Assembly (NCBI GenBank): GCA_002104905.1
Contig: MCFE01000789.1
Location: 1 to 36,158, forward strand
Length of the DNA: 36,158 nt
Source of the DNA: Basidiobolus meristosporus CBS 931.73
Taxonomy: Eukaryota; Fungi; Basidiobolomycota
Direction of reading: 5' to 3'
The translations under genes and the position numbers were made by a program. The first letter of the stretch is position 1. Each line of letters starts with the position of its first letter. Under the pieces are notes generated by a model, which did no database searches, was not told the origin of the DNA, and was given only the letters and a program-made list of their open reading frames with translations. This document shows, one piece after another, positions 34,017 through 36,158 of the stretch.

Positions 34017-36158
34017 CTCCCACTCAGCTAAATGCTCATACTAACTAGTCCAAATTTTGACCTAAGATATTCAAACTTGTCTCTAGCTAATGGTGTGGTA
34101 AATATGTCTGCAATCATTTCATCTGTAGGACAGTAAACTAAGCTAACTAAGTTATTCTCTATAGCATCACGTATGAAATGATGTCTAATATCTATGTGCT
34201 TGGTTCTAGCAAGAAAAGTAGTATTTCTACCCAATTGTATACATCCTTGATTATCTTAATATAAAGTAATAGGCATTTTTTGACATAGGCCTAAATCTGT
34301 AAAAGGTTTTCTTAACCACATTGCATCTTTTGTAGCTTCACAGGCTGCCATATACTCTGCCTCTGTGGTAGAAAGTGCTACGGTTGGTTGCTTTCTTGAA
34401 TTCCATGAAATTGCTCCTTTACAGTAAAGAAAGGTGTATCCTGTGGTGGATCTTCTGTCTTCTAAATTTCATCACCAATCAGCATCAGAGTATCCCACAA
34501 GATCCTGTTCTGAATTGTTATTAGTGTATCTTAAGCAGATATCAGCAGTTCCTTTTAGGTATCTAAAAATCCGCTTAACTGCTGCAATATGATCATATCC
34601 ATAGTTCTGATTATTTTGACTGACAACTCCCACTGAATATGAGATATCTGGATGTGTTCCAAGCATGATATACATCAGACTGCCAACCATAGATTAATAA
34701 GAAAAGTCAAGGCTTTCAGATGGCACCAAGCTCTCTTGATTTGGTTAAGTTTTGACCAAGTTAAGGTTTGTCTCCATTGGGGTAGCTGCCGGTTTACAGT
34801 CTTCCATTTGGTACCTCTTTAGTATATCTTGAATATTTTTGGATTGACTTGGGGTGATAGTCTGGGTACCTCTGTCTATGGAGAACTTAATCCCTAAGTA
34901 ATAATTAAGTTCTCCTAGATTGGACATCTTGGACTCCTTAGATAGGCAGGATTTAGTCTCTTCCAATGTTTCTAGGTTATTGGCAGCTATAATAAGATCA
35001 TCCACATATAGAGCTAATGGAACTGGATTTGCTCTATCTGGCTTATAGTATATACTATAGTCAGAATTACTCCTTTTGAAGCTCAAAGATTCCATATAAG
35101 AATCTATCTTGCAATTCCAGGCTCTTGGCAATTGCTTGAGACCATATAGTCACTTTTTAAGCTTTCAGACCAAATGGGGGTTATCCTGGTCAACAAACCC
35201 ATGAGGCTAGTCCATATACTCATCCCCATCAAGTTCTCTATTCAAAAATGCAGCTTTTACATCCATTTGATGGATAAAAAACTTATATTTGGCTGCAATA
35301 GCCAAAATTACTCTGATGGACTAAATCCCAAGTTTGATTTTCCATCAGGGCCTGATATTCCTCAGTCATTGCAGATCTCCAAAACTTTGTCTGAGGACTA
35401 TTGAGGGCCTCTCTCACAGTCAGGGGCTCATCAATATGGACTGAATAGGCATAGGCTAAGTTTGTACCCTCATTGATATAGTGATTGGGCTATTTCTTGT
35501 CTGATTGGATCTCAGAGCATCTGATACTGGGATGATCACTTCTGGGATATTCCTGGGCACTGACTCTGGCTGAAACATGGTTGTAGAGCTCTCTGGAGTG
35601 AAAAAACTTTAATTGTTTTGCTCTGATTCAATCCTGACAATTGTTGGACTTGAGATCAAATTTTTGTCATCATCTGATGTCATTTTTTGTGAAAATTATG
35701 AATTTTCATCAAACAACACATCCCTGGGCTTGATCAACTTCTTTGCTTTGGTATTGTAGAGTCTGTATGCCTTACTCTCATTGCAGTAGCCCAAAAAATA
35801 TGCATTTTACACTTTTTGGCTCAAATTTTGACTGATTTACGGCCAGTTTTTTGGCATATGCTGTACATCCAAATATTCTTAGATGCTCTGCACTTGGTCT
35901 GTATTCATACCATGCTTCAAATAGAGTAGAATCACAAAGTATACTGTTATAACTCCTATTTCTAAGGTATACAGCAGTGGCAACTGATTCCACCCAAAAA
36001 TCTTAGGATAATTTTTGATCATGGATCATAGATCATGCCATATCAGTTATTGATCTGTTAGCATGTTCCACTACTCCATTTTGCTGTGGGGAGTATGGTA
36101 CAGTAGTCTCTTGCTTTATCCCATGAATTTTGCAGAAGTGGATGAAGAGTTTTGAGGT
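33668..36158 (-). mobile_element. Second copy of the same Ty1/copia family, inverted, 3' half only (runs off the window end), inserted in the gypsy RT
   Basis: Integrase C-terminus, RT (YVDDL), RNase H (GYSDADW, KHIDIRHHF), PPT and LTR all align to copy 1; carries a roughly 170-bp RT deletion. Confidence 0.93.

Noticed and set aside
23124-34791. Apparent special protection of CCGG sites (5 of 35 surviving CpGs)
   Set aside because: Two are copies of one TSD, and once TCG/CGA are removed the other contexts are all raised by a similar factor; numbers are too small.
20830-36158. Classical ascomycete RIP (CpA>TpA)
   Set aside because: CA and TG are abundant in these repeats and copy-to-copy differences centre on ancestral CG. 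Many TAA/TAG stops occur in the oldest fragments, but without a consensus they cannot be assigned to CpA mutation.
1-36158. tRNA, rRNA, snRNA genes or CRISPR arrays
   Set aside because: No T-loop/B-box cloverleaf, rRNA or snRNA signature, or regularly spaced repeat-spacer array was seen by eye; a covariance-model search (tRNAscan-SE, Infernal/Rfam) would be needed to exclude divergent RNAs.

Overview
Eukaryotic, almost certainly fungal, genomic DNA. Gene content (CC2D1/Lgd, HGSNAT, taspase), short GT-AG introns and a sea of dead retroelements suggest an early-diverging fungus, possibly Entomophthorales; this is inference, not a database result. The window has three compartments. (1) 1-2039: CpG-free decayed transposon DNA. 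(2) About 2040-20700: a CpG-normal gene island with an NCS2 uric acid/xanthine permease, a MetR/Cys-3-like bZIP factor, an orphan gene, taspase-1 (14 introns), HGSNAT and a CC2D1/Lgd homologue. (3) About 20750-36158: a nest of CpG-erased elements. It holds a full Ty1/copia element interrupted by a 1074-bp solo LTR, a decayed Ty3/gypsy element interrupted by a 732-bp long-TIR foldback element, and a second, inverted, partial copy of the same copia family. The strongest unexplained signal is that CpG loss in the repeats depends on context. By hand count only about 35 CpGs survive in 15.3 kb, and only 2 of them are in TCG/CGA context, resembling TpCpG-targeted RIP-like hypermutation. All counts and splice models were done by eye and need computational confirmation. 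No tRNA, rRNA or CRISPR array was recognised.
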